A stretch of DNA of 64,000 nucleotides, taken from assembly GCF_037042905.1 (NCBI RefSeq), contig NC_087251.1, positions 43,898,001-43,962,000 on the forward strand, written 5' to 3'. The position numbers were made by a program, and so were the translations under genes. Origin of the DNA: Lytechinus pictus. Lineage: Eukaryota. How positions within the stretch are numbered: the stretch's first letter is position 1; every line of letters starts with the position of its first letter. Positions 23,630 through 37,000 of this stretch are shown here, piece by piece. A model generated the notes under the pieces. The model had not been told where the DNA came from and ran no database searches. It saw only the letters and a list, made by a program, of their open reading frames with translations.

Positions 23630-26600
23630 GATTTTAGATTTAGATTTAGATTTTATTCATTTTCCGTTCACAAAGCACAACAAAATCAAAGTAACAATAC
23701 ATAGTCAAATTTAAAGTACAATATCAATCGGAATATACGTAAGAATTAGAAGGTATAAACGATGAGAACTAATGAGAACTAAAGTAACTTTGACTAAGGC
23801 TATACATGTATAAAACAGAACGGAGGGGCTTGCCAAGAAAAGCAAAGCTTGTTTGGGAGGCAAGCCCCTGTATAACTTAGTTTCAATACGTAACTTAGAG
23901 ACAACATTACAAAACTATAGTATAAAGGAGAGACGGAAGACAGTTTAAAAGGAGGCTATACAAAATATCAAAGGTAACAACGAAAGAGTGACACAAATTG
24001 GAATAAATGATAATAGTAATAATTAAAAAAAAAATAGAAAAAAAAATATGGTTACAATAATTGTGATAATGAGGGAGAAACAGAGAGGCAAATGTAGGGA
24101 GAGAGGAGGGGTGCAGGTACAATTGGAGGTGCAAACAGGGGCATGGCAGGTGCGGGAACAGGTCGGCAGGCAAGTTTAAAGGAGGTTAAAAAAGAAGTTT
24201 TTTTTTGTAGTTTTTGTTGTAGTTTTAGTTATATGGTAGATTGACTTGTTTGTGTAAAGTATTGGCAAATAAGCATCTTTTTAAGGTTATGTTAAATGTT
24301 AAATTATGTTTAAAAATAGTGATGCTTGGGGATTCCTTGAAGTCGTTGGGCAAGAAATTCCAATATACGGGACCAGAAAAGACAAAAGAATTTTTTGCAA
24401 GTAAAGTTCGGGTTGGAGGTAGGTGATAAAAGTTTCGTTGTCTTGTAGGATAATCGTGTACAGAAGAGTTTTTGCAGAACATAATTGAAAAAATTGCTGG
24501 GAGATCATCTTTATTTAGTTTGTACATAAATTGGCCGAGTTGGAACAGATATATATCATTAACTTTAAGGATTTTGTTTTCAAAAAATAATTCATCTGTG
24601 TGAAATCTGAAATGTGTATGAATTATTATCTTAAGTGCTTTTTCTGTAACAAAAGTATCCTATGTAATTGCGTTTGAATTGCACAACCCCATGCCAAAAT
24701 ACAGTAATTGATGTATGGTAATATTAAGGTGTGATATAGTGTAAGTAGTGTACGAGATGGAAGAAAAAATTTGAGCTTGTTGATAATTCCAATATTTCTT
24801 TAAATTGTTTTGCATATATTGTCGATGTGTGGTTTCCATGATAATTTATTATCAATAAGTACACCCAAAATTTTTGTTTCAGAAACATTTTCAAGGACAG
24901 TGTTATCAAAAATGATATTGTCGGGCAAACTGTTTATTCTATTACTAAATAACATATAATTGGTCTTTTGTAAGTTAAGGGAGAGTTTATTTGCCTTGAT
25001 CCATTCAGTCACATGCATGAGTTCAGAGTTAACAATCCTAATAAGTTGGTTTATGTTATCATGAGAAAAGAAAATGTTGGAATCATCAGCAAAGAGTATG
25101 AATGAAAGTAAATTTGAAGTTTTGTGGATGTCATTTATGTAAGTGATAAAAAGAAGAGGGCCGAGTAAGCTACCCTGTGGTACCCCGCAAGTAATTGGAA
25201 GGTTGGATGAATTATGGTTATTTATTGATACAAACTGAGTCCTATCTGTAAGGTATAGCTCCTGAACCACTCCAAGGCCATCCCCCTAATACCGTAATGA
25301 GATAGTTTATGCAAGAGAATTCCGTGGTTAATGGTGTCGAAGGCTTTGGAGAAGTCCAGGAAAATACCGACAGTATGACAACCTTTATCAGTGGAAATAG
25401 TGATTTTGTTAACGAAAAATAAAATTGCATGCGAGGTGCTGTGATTTTCGCGAAACCCAAATTGAAAGTCCGAAAAGATATTGCTTCTTTTAAAGAACGT
25501 ACTAGTCAACTGCGTAGCCAGGATTTAATTTTGGAGGGGGCGGTAAGTGCACGCGAAGCGTGCCAACACTTACAGAGCGCGCGAAGCGCGCTCCCTAGGG
25601 GGGAGGGTGCAGGGAGGGGGAGTTTCCCCCTTTTTCCCCCTCCCGTGCGGAGCGCGAAGTTTTAGATATCTCATCAAATTTCAATCAAAATAAGATGTCT
25701 CCTGCGTCCCTAATACCCTTATCAACACAAATTCAATTGACTTGCTGTGATTAAAAACAAAACTTGTTTTCAAAAGAAAAGATGAGCGCCTACAAAATGG
25801 GAAAAGATTTAGGAATTCAAAATAATTCCTCTACCGCGCTAAGCGCGAAAGCTAAGACGTTTTATTTTTTTTTTAATGAGAACAAAAGTGATATAAAATA
25901 CCAACCTTAGTCACATCAGATTTGATTGTAAAAACTTTAGCCACATTAAATTTCTTTAACTCGCAAAACAGACTGTAGAAAGCTAATACATGCAGGGATC
26001 TCTTCCCGCGAATGGCAAGTTCTGAATTGTATAAATTTCTCTGAAACTTTAACCTGCTCTAATTTTGATATAGCATTTGGGGACTCGGGGAGGGACGGTA
26101 TAAAAGTTTACCCGCTCTGAACAGAAGAGCCGAAATTTTGTGTCTTAAAAAAATACTTTTCATACTATCCATGTATACTTTATAATTTCTGGCAAGAATG
26201 CGAGTCCCATGGCCGGGGAAGGGGAAAAACGGAGTAGAAAAAAGGTGTGGGAAACAAAGGGGAAAGGCAATTCTGATATTTTTCCCGCGCGGAGCGCGGA
26301 AGCAAAATTTTGTATGAAGAGAGAAACGAACATCACATTTAGGTTTTTATATTTTTGACATGTTTGACAAAAAAGAAAGAAAAAACCAATAAAGCTATGC
26401 CCTTCTTCCCTTCGCTTTTTCTTTTTCTCCCTTTTCCCCTGTTTTTTTTCTTTTTGGGGGCGTTTGGGGGGGGGGGGGGCGACCGCCCCCACCGCCCCCC
26501 CTGGCTACGTGCCTGGTACTAGTTCGTGTATGGACAAGTTTTTCAAGAATTTTTGATAACGAGGTGAGCAATGATATGGGACGGTAATTGGAGACGAGCT

Positions 26601-28055
26601 GATTATCTCCTTTTTTAAAAAGAGGGACTACTTTTGCGATTTTCATAAGATTGGTACCCTTCCTGTATTCAAAGAAATATTAAAAATATGCACCAAAGGA
26701 TCGACGATAACCAAGATAATTTTCTCAAGTAGGAAGTTGGAAATACCGTCAAACCTCGGGCACTTTTTGGTCAGCAGACTATTAACAATATTTATAATTT
26801 CTCTTGAGCTTGTGGGATTAAAAAATATGGAGTTTGGGTTAGGGTTTTCGAGAAAATTGTTGTAAGATTTATTCGTTTGAGGGATTTTGCTTGCTAAATT
26901 GTTGCCAACTTGTGAAAAATATGGATTAAACTCTCTTGCTATTATGTTGTTGTCATCAGTGATGGTATTGTTTGATTGTATTTTTGTAATTGTAGAACTC
27001 TTCTTCTTTTTGTTTAACGCACCATTGATGATTTTCCATGTGTTCTTCATATCATTTTTGTTTAGATCGAGTTGAGAAGTGTAATATTCTTTTTTCGCAA
27101 TACGAAGTAAAGATGTAAGAGTGTTTTTATATGAAGTGTACTTGTAGCGACTTGAAGCGAGATGTATCACTTGGTTTAGTTATGTATTTATAATATAGGT
27201 TGTTCTTGCGCTTGATGGATCTTAAGAGTGATTTAGTAATCCAAGGGTGGATAGGGATCTTTTTATGATTTGATCTTCTGTTAGTTGTAAGGGGAACATG
27301 GGTATCTAGAGAAGAGGTAAGTATGGTAATAAAACAGTTGTATGCGTCGTCGGCGTCCGAGGAGTCATATACAGTAGACCAGTCTGTTGTGTCTAAATTA
27401 TTAGTCAAATTGGTTATGTTGTCGTCAGTTATCTTTCGAAATGCAGGATTAAATGTTTCTTTATTGACACTTTTATTCGTAGATAATTTAGCAAAATTTG
27501 GAAAGTGATCAGAGATGCCATTAAGAATAATACCAGCTTTATGATGTTGTTGAGTTGTATTACTGAAAATGTTGTCTATTATAGTGGCTGAGTTATTCGT
27601 CACTCTTGTCGGCTTATTAATGAGGGGTAAAAAAGAATGTGATAAAAACATTTCAAGAAACTCTTGCGAGGTGCTATTGAGTTGCAATTTACTAAGTAAA
27701 TATTGAAGTCACCCATAAAAAAAAATCTTTATTTTTAAAAGAGGATTTAGTAGAATTTCATTTAGAGTTTCTAAAAAGCATTGGCATTTGAATGTGGAGG
27801 TCTATAAAATACACCTAGCATAAAGTTTATACCCATTTGATTTATGATTTCAACAAAAAGTGTTTCTAAAACATCGTTAGATATGGTCATGTTATAGCTA
27901 CAAAGAATATAATCGCATTGTTGCGGTATGTAAAGTGCGACACCACCCCCTGGTCTTCTTGTTCTATTATTAACAATCAAATTTAAATTGGGGAGTGAGA
28001 AGAGGGAACATGGATTATCCGAGAACCATGTTTCAGTTAAACCAATGAATGACGA
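23630..28055 (-). mobile_element. Decayed non-LTR retrotransposon (L2/CR1 group) ORF2: APE endonuclease plus reverse transcriptase, frameshifted
   Basis: APE motifs IGLTETW, GGGVALY, FYRPP, IIDNIF, ISDHFP. RT motifs [50 protein letters not shown]. Split over 8 ORF pieces. The 3' end has a stem-loop (23824-23869), then AATAAA and a (TCTAAA)n tail at ~23630-23660. Confidence 0.92.
25507..26515. mobile_element. Non-autonomous hAT-like element inserted in the LINE RT domain, perfect 8-bp TSD GTACTAGT
   Basis: gtactagt|CAACTGCGTAGCCAGG ... CCTGGCTACGTGCCTG|gtactagt. Removing it rejoins [27 protein letters not shown]. Confidence 0.88.
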
Positions 28056-29045
28056 TTGCGGAAACATTTGCTCCCCCCCCCCCACCACCACCCCGGCCCC
28101 TTTCTGGCGCACCAATTAAGATTCCTCCTTTCCTCTTTCTCCCGGTTTCCCTTGTGAAAGGTTGGCCTATATGTGTCGTCGATCGGGTATAAAAATAACG
28201 ATTAGTAAAAAAAAGTTAGTGTTTGAATGGTTTTCTCAATTAACAAATAAATGCGAGCGTGAAGATCGCCCTGTTTATCATGTAGGACCATTGTGAAGAG
28301 CGTATTTTTATTGGTTTTACTATAAGTGAAGCCAGGGGCGGCAGAATTACGTATTTTCGCTGGGGGATGCAAAGTATTAAAAAAAAGGCACTTATATGTC
28401 AAAATGGTCAATTTGGTGCAAACAGATATTTTCACCCTCGTATTATCATCTGCATGGGTAAAGTACTTGTGTGTTTTGTAGTAATTAAGTTCAACAAAGC
28501 CATTTTAAAGTTATTTCTGATAATCTGATTAATATTTAGGCTCATCCGCGGTTTGGAAAATAATCGAATCTGCAGTTGTGAAACTCGGCGCTAATTTCTG
28601 TTAAAATTGAATCCTTGTGAGATCTTGCAAGCGGCGAATCGCGAGCTCAAACTATTAGACATTTCATGAAAGAAGACATGAAATTTAACATTTTGAGCAG
28701 TTTTTGTAAACATGAAAAAGATGTGTATTTCACTAAAGAATTAGCGCGAGCTGGAATTTGTTTATATACTGACCAGAAAAGTAACCTGTTAAGGACTGCA
28801 TTTTGTGACTCATTTATAAGATACATATCTCACCAATCAAGCAATGCGACCGCGAAGCGAAAGCCGAAGATTTGTGATATTCCAACCTGAAAACTGGACA
28901 TTATAAGCACTTTTGTTTCCAGGAACAGAATGAGCGCGAAGCGCGACCCAACAAATTTTGATTTTCTAATCTAAAAAAAACGTACACTCTTAGAATAGTT
29001 GGAAAAATTGCCCAACTTTTAACCAATTAACCCTGGGACACATAT

Positions 29046-29339
29046 GCCCGTATTCTGAACTCAGGTTTAAAGTTGTGGTTTAAGTATGGAGAGCCAATTG
29101 CTACATAAATCACTAACAGTAGAGATATCATACTTCAGCTCATTTGGCTCTCAAATCATTCATAATTGTGTAGGAAGTATAAATAGATGATTGTCTTCAC
29201 CATCGATGAATCAGGAAAGAGCACAGTAAACATAAGAAACATACAACTTAATAAAAATTTTGATACTTTTGGCTTCCCATACTTAAACTACAACTTTAAA
29301 CCTGAGTTTAAGTTAAACCCAACTTCAGAATACTGGCCA
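29046..29339. mobile_element. MITE family with (G)GCCCGTATTCTGAA ends (copies at 50516-50787, ~58243-58538, partial at ~20880-21000 and ~47020-47060)
   Basis: gcccgtattctgaactcaggtttaaag ... agttaaacccaacttcagaatactggcc; body nearly identical to 50516-50787. Confidence 0.75.
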
Positions 29340-30978
29340 TACTGTCCACACAACTATATAAACTCCGTCCAAATTTGGTAATAAAAACTTACAATTAGGT
29401 TATAAATTTGCGCGATTGGATAATAATTGCCCAGAATACATATATATATTTCTACCAACACAGTGGACAGTATGTTGCCCAAATTTTAAGTGTGTATTGT
29501 GTTCTACTATAAAAATACATATTCCATCTTAAAAAGACACATTTCATTATAAAAAAAAGGACATTTTCCATTTTGAAAAAGTGCATTTTTTACTACGGGG
29601 AAGTTTTTTAGGGGCAAGTGCCCCCCCCCCCCCCCGTTCCCCCGACCCTAAGTGAAGCAAGCGCGATGTGCGAGCATAATTTTGGTGGGGGTATACCTTA
29701 ATTACCTCTAGCAACTCCTTTTGTAATCATGAACAGGATGAGTATCTAACTAAACAATTCATGAGAAAGCAAAGCGTTGAAATTAATTGATATATAATAG
29801 GCCAAGTGGCCTACTGACATGAAAATGTGATATTTCAAGATTGTAAGTTGGAATTCAGGAACAGGATATATAATATATCTCTAATGAAATGATGCGAGCG
29901 CGTAGGAAAAGTTTTTTTTTTCTTCTATATTCAGCACTTTTTTAAAATCATGAACAGGATGCGTCATCGCGTATCTCGCTGAATTTTTTTTGCAAAAATC
30001 GAATAGTGAGCATGATAATCTGTTTAAATTGAAGAGAAAACGGTATATACTTGTGTTATCGTTATATACCTTTCCTCCTCTCCTTTCCCTTTTCTCCAGA
30101 TTTTTTTTTTTGCTGTTGGCAAGCGGCCCGGCAAGCGGCGGGGTTCCGCTGAACCCATGGACCCTGGCTGCGGCCCTGAAACTGAATAAAAAAACGAAGA
30201 GGAATTAAACTTAAATATTACTTGAGACATAGTTGGCGTTATGGGCTAGAATATCAAAAGGGTATATGCCTACCAATGTAAATCTATCCAAAGTGCCAGA
30301 AAGGCATCAGACAGGGATTTAATGCAGACGGGAATGGAAAGGTGACACTATAAACCTCTGAATCGGTTCATAGTTTAAATAAAACACGTCAACAGGGTCG
30401 GTCGCTACCACTTTATGAAATTATTTTATAATGAAAATAGTCTGACAAGACAATTTGCCTGACGAATGGGACCACAGAATTCTAGAATTGAATGAGACCC
30501 GAGATGAAAGTGATTGATCGATCGAAGAGCGCATATTAAGTTACAAAAGTAATTTTTTACAGGATATGGATATTCGATTTCATTGCTTTATTTCACAATT
30601 ACTACCTCTAAAATGGGCGATGAACATTATTTTTTTTCATGATTATGTACCGGGATATGAACATGCGATGAAACTCATCGATGAAAAAAAAAGATCCCGT
30701 TTCATAAGACTTGTTATAATAACAAATGCACAATTTTCATAACAAATTTAATATCAGTCAATCAGATTGAAATATTTCAGTAGCTTTTAACTGTTATTGT
30801 AAATATGTTATTATTATGTTATGAACAGGCACAGTCCTACAAGCATCGTTGGATAAAAGTAAAGTCTGTAGTAACAATTTTTATGAAAGGGCCTGACGCG
30901 ACGAGGACCTCTATCCGATTTTCCTTTTACATTTTGTTTTCTTGTTGTTATCGTATTGAAGACAGACAATGAGTGACA

Positions 30979-31050
30979 ATGGCGTCCACTGACGGTCAAA
31001 ATGTGCAAGTAAGCGAGAGTCAAAATGCTGGAGTTCCAGAGAATGGGACG
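30979..31050 (+). CDS. CLPTM1: CLPTM1 exon 1 (MASTDGQNVQVSESQNAGVPENGT)
   Basis: Kozak-like acaATGG, strong donor ACG|gtgagt, phase 0 matching exon 2. The sequence itself is poorly conserved. Confidence 0.7.
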
Positions 31051-34000
31051 GTGAGTATTGCTTCAATTGAAGAGATGAAGGGAAAAATCATTTGGGTAAA
31101 AATGCAAGTCTCATTTCATAAAAATTAAGATTATAGACAATGTTTTAAAGGAAATGCCGCATGGGAGCTGACTCAGGCATTCTCATTTCTTAACTTGCCG
31201 GCATGAGCGATTTTTTGTGCATGCAAATTAATAGGCGTCATCACGTTTCAGTGTTATATGAGCTTTATTGTATGGGATGGGAAGGGACATGTATGTGCCC
31301 CTGAAATTGAATTTGGATTTCTTAAAAGTTCCTCCAAGGTTTTTCATGACCTGGTTGATTCCTCTCAAGAATAGTTTGTGCAAAAAATCTCCAGCAAAAT
31401 TTAGTATAGGCAGCTGGCAGCCGTCTGTTTCGAGGAATTTTTTTTACTTTTTTTTTTTTTTTTTAAATTTCTCCTCGTACACAGACGGCTCGCTAGCGTG
31501 CAGCCACCATTAGGGGACTTGCAATGCAAAATCCCCCCGTCGGGGCTCTTCAATTTTTGTCTTTAATGAATAAAAATTTTGAAAATTAACGCGACCAAAA
31601 TGCAAATTAATATTCCCTCTTGGCATTAATTGCCAAAAAACGGAGAAAAATCAAGTTAAAAGGAACAAAAACAGTGACTTACCTCGGCTGTCGCGCAAAT
31701 TCACTTCCCCGTTTTATCCGATCTTAAGTACATAAACATATGGCCATTGAGTCCCCTGTACAGATCGCGCTAGAACTTCGGTCTCTGTATTTGGTGAGTG
31801 AAGCCAACGGAGTTCAGCTGAACAACCAACATAACAGAGACCGAAGCTTTTGGTCTAAATTTAGTAGGGTGTCTGAAGCCACACTGAAAAGTGTCAGCAT
31901 AAAACAGGCTGATTTACTTTAGGGGAAAATGTGGCACATTTTTTCAGGGAAGTTCAGGCTACTAGAAAAATGTGATCTGAATTGATTATTAACTTGTGTT
32001 TGGCATGTATGGAAAGAGAAAATTCAGGGGCTTCTTTTGTCAATAAGGACAAGTTTATATGATCAATTTAAATAAGGATTTAGAGATAAATTGCAAACCC
32101 TTATTTTTGTGTGTGTTGAGATTGCCATTTCCCCATGCGTTTTCTATGGGAAAATGAAATTTCTGTTTTGCACAATTTTTTTCACTTTGTCGCAATTTTT
32201 CATTGTGATCTGGTTTCCAAATCTTTATAAAAATCACACCATCAGATAGAGCATAAAAAATCCTATTGGACTCTTTATGGACAAGTTTTTGGCATTAATA
32301 ATAAATTTATAACAGCTCTCGGAAGCTAAAAATTTGGATTTGTGTGTGTCCATTTCTTAACTACACAGTCTATGGCAGAGAAATGCTGAAAATTGACCTA
32401 ATTTCATTCTTCTTTTTTGCAGCCAATAATTTGATTTTTTTCAAAAATGTTACATTTCTGCCAGTCTGAAGGTCATTTCTCTTCAAATTCACAAAGAAAA
32501 TGTGATATTTTCTTGAAAGAAGAAAAATAATTTTTTTCTCCAGACACACTAAATTTAGGTCTACGTCTAGTACAAAGTCAAAATCAAAGAAAAAAGTCGC
32601 TAATGACAGCGTTACTCGTCTTAGACCTAAGTAAAAAAGAATTACTGACTTTCTTTTTTGAAAATAGTAATTGAAAAGGAAAAATGGTAACCCATGTCTG
32701 CATACCTAGCCTGGAGGCGTCTGGGGAGTAAAAGTAAGAGTCTACGTATGGTCACTCCCCGAACGCCTGGCGTTTGTACATATAGGCTCCCACGCACCAA
32801 AGAAAAAGGCAACTATAAAAATACGCCAAACTGCTAGTTATGTTTAGAATCTGAGGTTAACACTTCTGTACATGGGTAAAAATATTGGTTGGCAACGTTT
32901 GGCAAAAAATGGATAGTTATGGTTACAAAATGACGCCAAAATGACATGAAGTAATAAAAGTAGAAGAGAGTTTACTTACTTACACTTGTTGACATCGCCA
33001 TCTTTGATCCTTTGTTAATGCAACCTAGTACAGAGGGCGGCAAAATCATGAGCGGTGCTAGATTAAAAAGTGCTAAAATGTCCCGCTTCAACCACTGAAC
33101 TAGAAATACATAGAGAAAACATATTGCATCTTGCACATACTTTCAATAGCCTTCTCCGGCGTGTTCTCGAACAATTGACCTAGCAAAATGGCGGCGGTCA
33201 CGTGACTTATCGAGTTCGCCGGCGATGAACACGACTTCCACGTATTTCTGGTTCAGGTAGCCATTGGTCTATACACACCGTAGGTTTTTCCACGGTGAAA
33301 CTAGACCTAAATCACACGTTTTGCTTAGGATTTTGAGCCCAAACTAACGTACATGGGCCAAAACAACATTTACCCCCCAAATTTAATATGTTTGTATATA
33401 TTTATTCAATAAATAGTAGTAAATATAAAAATAATTAAGAGCATGAGTGTTGACTTACCCAGTCTGTTTTGGTCACCATCTTGATGTCTTTGTTATCGAT
33501 ACCTAGATACCACACGCGTGTATAGCTGCCAATTTAAATTTAAAAAATACTTGCATCGGCCGATAAATATGAATCGTACAATACTTGCATCGGTCGATTA
33601 ATATCATAAAATTTGCTTTATTGTTTTGGCCCATGTACGTTAGTTTTGGCTCAAAATCCTAAGCAAAACGACGTGTGATATAGGTCTAGTTTCACCGTGG
33701 GAAAACCTACGGTGTGTACCGTAAGTAACGGACTATAAACCGCACCCGTGGATTAACCGCAGCCCCAACTTTGGACTAAAAAAAAAATCCTCACATTTAC
33801 ATGCATATTTGAGGTACGAAGAAACAAAAACTCAGTTAAAGATTTTAAGGTATCCAAAGAGATTACCGGTATGCAGAAATCTGCTGTTCATGATCAATTC
33901 ATCTAAATGTTAGCAAGAAAGAAAAGTCCCAACAATATTGGCCACTTTCACATTCACTCACCTCACAGTCACAGTGTACACACACAGCACTGCCGTTCTT

Positions 34001-37000
34001 ACATTGCAAACTACGATACGGTACCAGCAGTACCTCTTATCAAAGTATGATGTGTCTTTCCTGGCGTAGGAGGAAGAAACATTCACATTTCTTGCATCAC
34101 AACCTCACAATCACTTTCAGAATTTGTCTAGCATTCGATGTCTTAGCATGAATTTTGGATACGGGATTACAAGAAGGTTCAAGAAACAAAGAAATTTGCA
34201 TTTTTTCCAATTGTTTTGACGGCTTCGTGCCGTCTCTCTCGTGCGTGGTGTACATGGTATCTTATGAAAAGCAGACGAGAAAGAAAAAATAAGCTGGCGC
34301 GAAACGGGACTTTCGCGGCCGGGAGGGGTTAAAACGAATAGCGCCAGCTTAAGTCGCACTATATAACCACAATACAACGCAAGCTAGCTCTCAGCTCACT
34401 CAACTCTCGCTCAGCTGTGACAAAATATTACCGAGTATGCTTGGTTTCTCTTTGAACTTAGCCAGGGTACTTCGCTGCTTTGAATCGAGAATAAAGTCGA
34501 AATTAGTGTCATGAAGGTGGGTGCGTTTGTTATGGACAATATTTGATTAAGATCGTAATAATCGCTTCCCATTACCCGCGGCTCATACCCCTCTAAACGA
34601 CATTGCCCTGGGCGGCTACGCCCGGCCACTCCATGTGTTGTGAACTGGCAGACGTCTTACATGTTCGGGAGGAGTTACGGCGGGCTGGCTTAGACCCGTC
34701 ACCGTGGATAAACCGCACTCCCGACTTTTGCTTCTATCCCGCCGAGAAAAAGGTGCGGTTAATAGACCGTTACTTACGGTATAGACCAATGGCTAACCGA
34801 ACCAGGCTTCATGGAGAGAAAGCCTACGTACAGTATATACTTTTTTACTTTTTACTCTCTAGAAGCCTCCAGGCTAGCTATGGCAGGGCGGAGGAATACT
34901 CAATTTCCCCCTCTGTGATTATACCCCTGTACAATGCATACGGCGGCATCGTTAGCTTTGAAATCCAACGTAATCCATGAAAAATAAGCTCAATTCTATT
35001 TGATGATTCGGAGAATCCGATAGCTCATTTTATGTTTATCCACATTTTTTTCTCATTTGTGAATTTTGGGGTTCAAATGGGTTCATCAATACGAATCGTT
35101 TTCGAAACTTGAACATATGAATAGACACCAGAATCAGCTCAATAGACCTTCAAATAAGAAAATGAGGACTTTTTCATTCCCAAGAGACAACTCGGCACTG
35201 ATAGGCCACGCCCCCTCAAAATCTTCTTTTTTTTTTGGCCTGCACTGTCCCATTTTTCAACCGATTTTCTTAAAAATTGTGTCATATCGATCAGGGCAAA
35301 ATTCTGCTTCAATTGAGATATGTAACACTTGGTTTTGAATTATCACCTATTTATAACCCACCTCTAATATTATTATACGAATTGTGTTTTTTGTGAATAT
35401 TTATTTGATAGTTGTTTTCAAAGGTAGCACTGCTACTATATCAAATTGCGTAATGCAGGCATGACTGCCAGAGGCGCTCCACATGTTATAAGTTTTGGCA
35501 CACGTGATCACAAGAAAATACACTAAAAGTTGAAAACGGACATTTTTGTGTATGTCAGTGTTAGTAGACCGGCCAAAAGTCAAAAAGTGCTCTAGATAAG
35601 GATTCGACGGCAAAATTTGTTAATGCTTGGCATCCCAGCTAAAAGTCTTGCGGAAGTCCTGAGGAATAACGTACGGGCGGATGCCAAGCGCAATTTTGCG
35701 TGAAACTGTCATTTTTAGCGTAAAATCTGAAAGAATGTCGAAAAATCACGCATTTTGATATTTTGACGGATTATTTTAATATTTTTGATTATCTTTGATA
35801 TGGAATTATTTTTATTCAGAGTTTCATATTATAAATCTACTAAATATGCATTTCAATTTGAATATTACACCCACACATATGGCACAGGGAAACATAAAAC
35901 CGCGATTTCCTCAAAATAAAAGTTTGTGAAAACTATCAATAGTTTAAAGATTCTTACGCAACTTAAATTCTTCGATTAAAAGCGTTTCTCAATCGAATGT
36001 ATAGTAAATGTCCTAATGCCACAAAAATTAAAAGAATTTTCAAGTAAGATGAAATATATCTCATTTTATGTTATCCGAAAGGAGACAATGTGCATTTTAC
36101 CAGGCGCGCATTTTGAAAGAAAAATTGAAAATACCGTACATTAATATGTACATAATTACATGTATAAGTACATACTAAAGCGAGTTTTTAATTGAATAGC
36201 ACAATTTGTCAATTATTTGCATCCCAGCTCAAATTCTTGCGGAAATACTGAGGAATAACGTACGGGCGGATGCCAAGTGCACTTTTGCGTGAAATCTGAA
36301 AGACTGTCGAAAATCACGCATTTTGATATTTTGACGGATTATCATCATATTTTTTATTATCTTTGATATGGAATTATTTTTATTCAGAGTTTCAAATTAT
36401 AAATCTACTAAATATGCATTTCAATTTGGAATATTACACACACATATATGGCAATATGACATAAAAAATCGTGATTTACTCAAAATAGAAGTTTGTGAAC
36501 ACTATCAATAGTTCTAAGTTTTTTTTACAAGTTATTTTCTTCGATTTAAATTGGTTCATCATAATTGGGCATGCAAAATTTAGCGGGGAGGGGGAGGGGC
36601 ATTTTGAATGTAAAATTGAAGATACTGTAAATTATTAACATAATTACATGAATAAGTACATACTTAAAACGAGTTACAAAATTTCTGGCCGCATCTGCCT
36701 CTTCCCCCCCCCCCCCCCTCCCCCCGCTGCCTAAGGTCATGTATAGTGTCCGAAAGGATTACGTGGAGCTGAAAGTGTCCCGTTTTCAAGATAATATACC
36801 ACTAGCGTGAAGGGGGGGGGGGGCAGACTGCCCCTCGACGAGTCACAACTCATGCAGGGGATGTACCCCTGCCCCCCCCCCCCTGGCTCCTTTAGTCCTG
36901 CTCTGCTATGCATGCAGGCGAGACAAAAATAGGTATTGCCGTGGCAACGGCCATATTTTTTAGACTTTGATAATCCAATAATTGAAGTAAAATGTAGATT

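Noticed and set aside
24225..28115. Possible active or domesticated reverse transcriptase gene
   Set aside because: Multiple frameshifts, a 1-kb insertion and a 5' truncation
30969..30971. Alternative CLPTM1 start ATG 10 nt upstream of 30979
   Set aside because: Out of frame with the phase-0 donor and exon 2, and it closes at a nearby TGA
31146..32700. Possible large transposon hosting the nested elements
   Set aside because: It begins TTAAAGG like the Kolobok-type copies, but I found no matching right end
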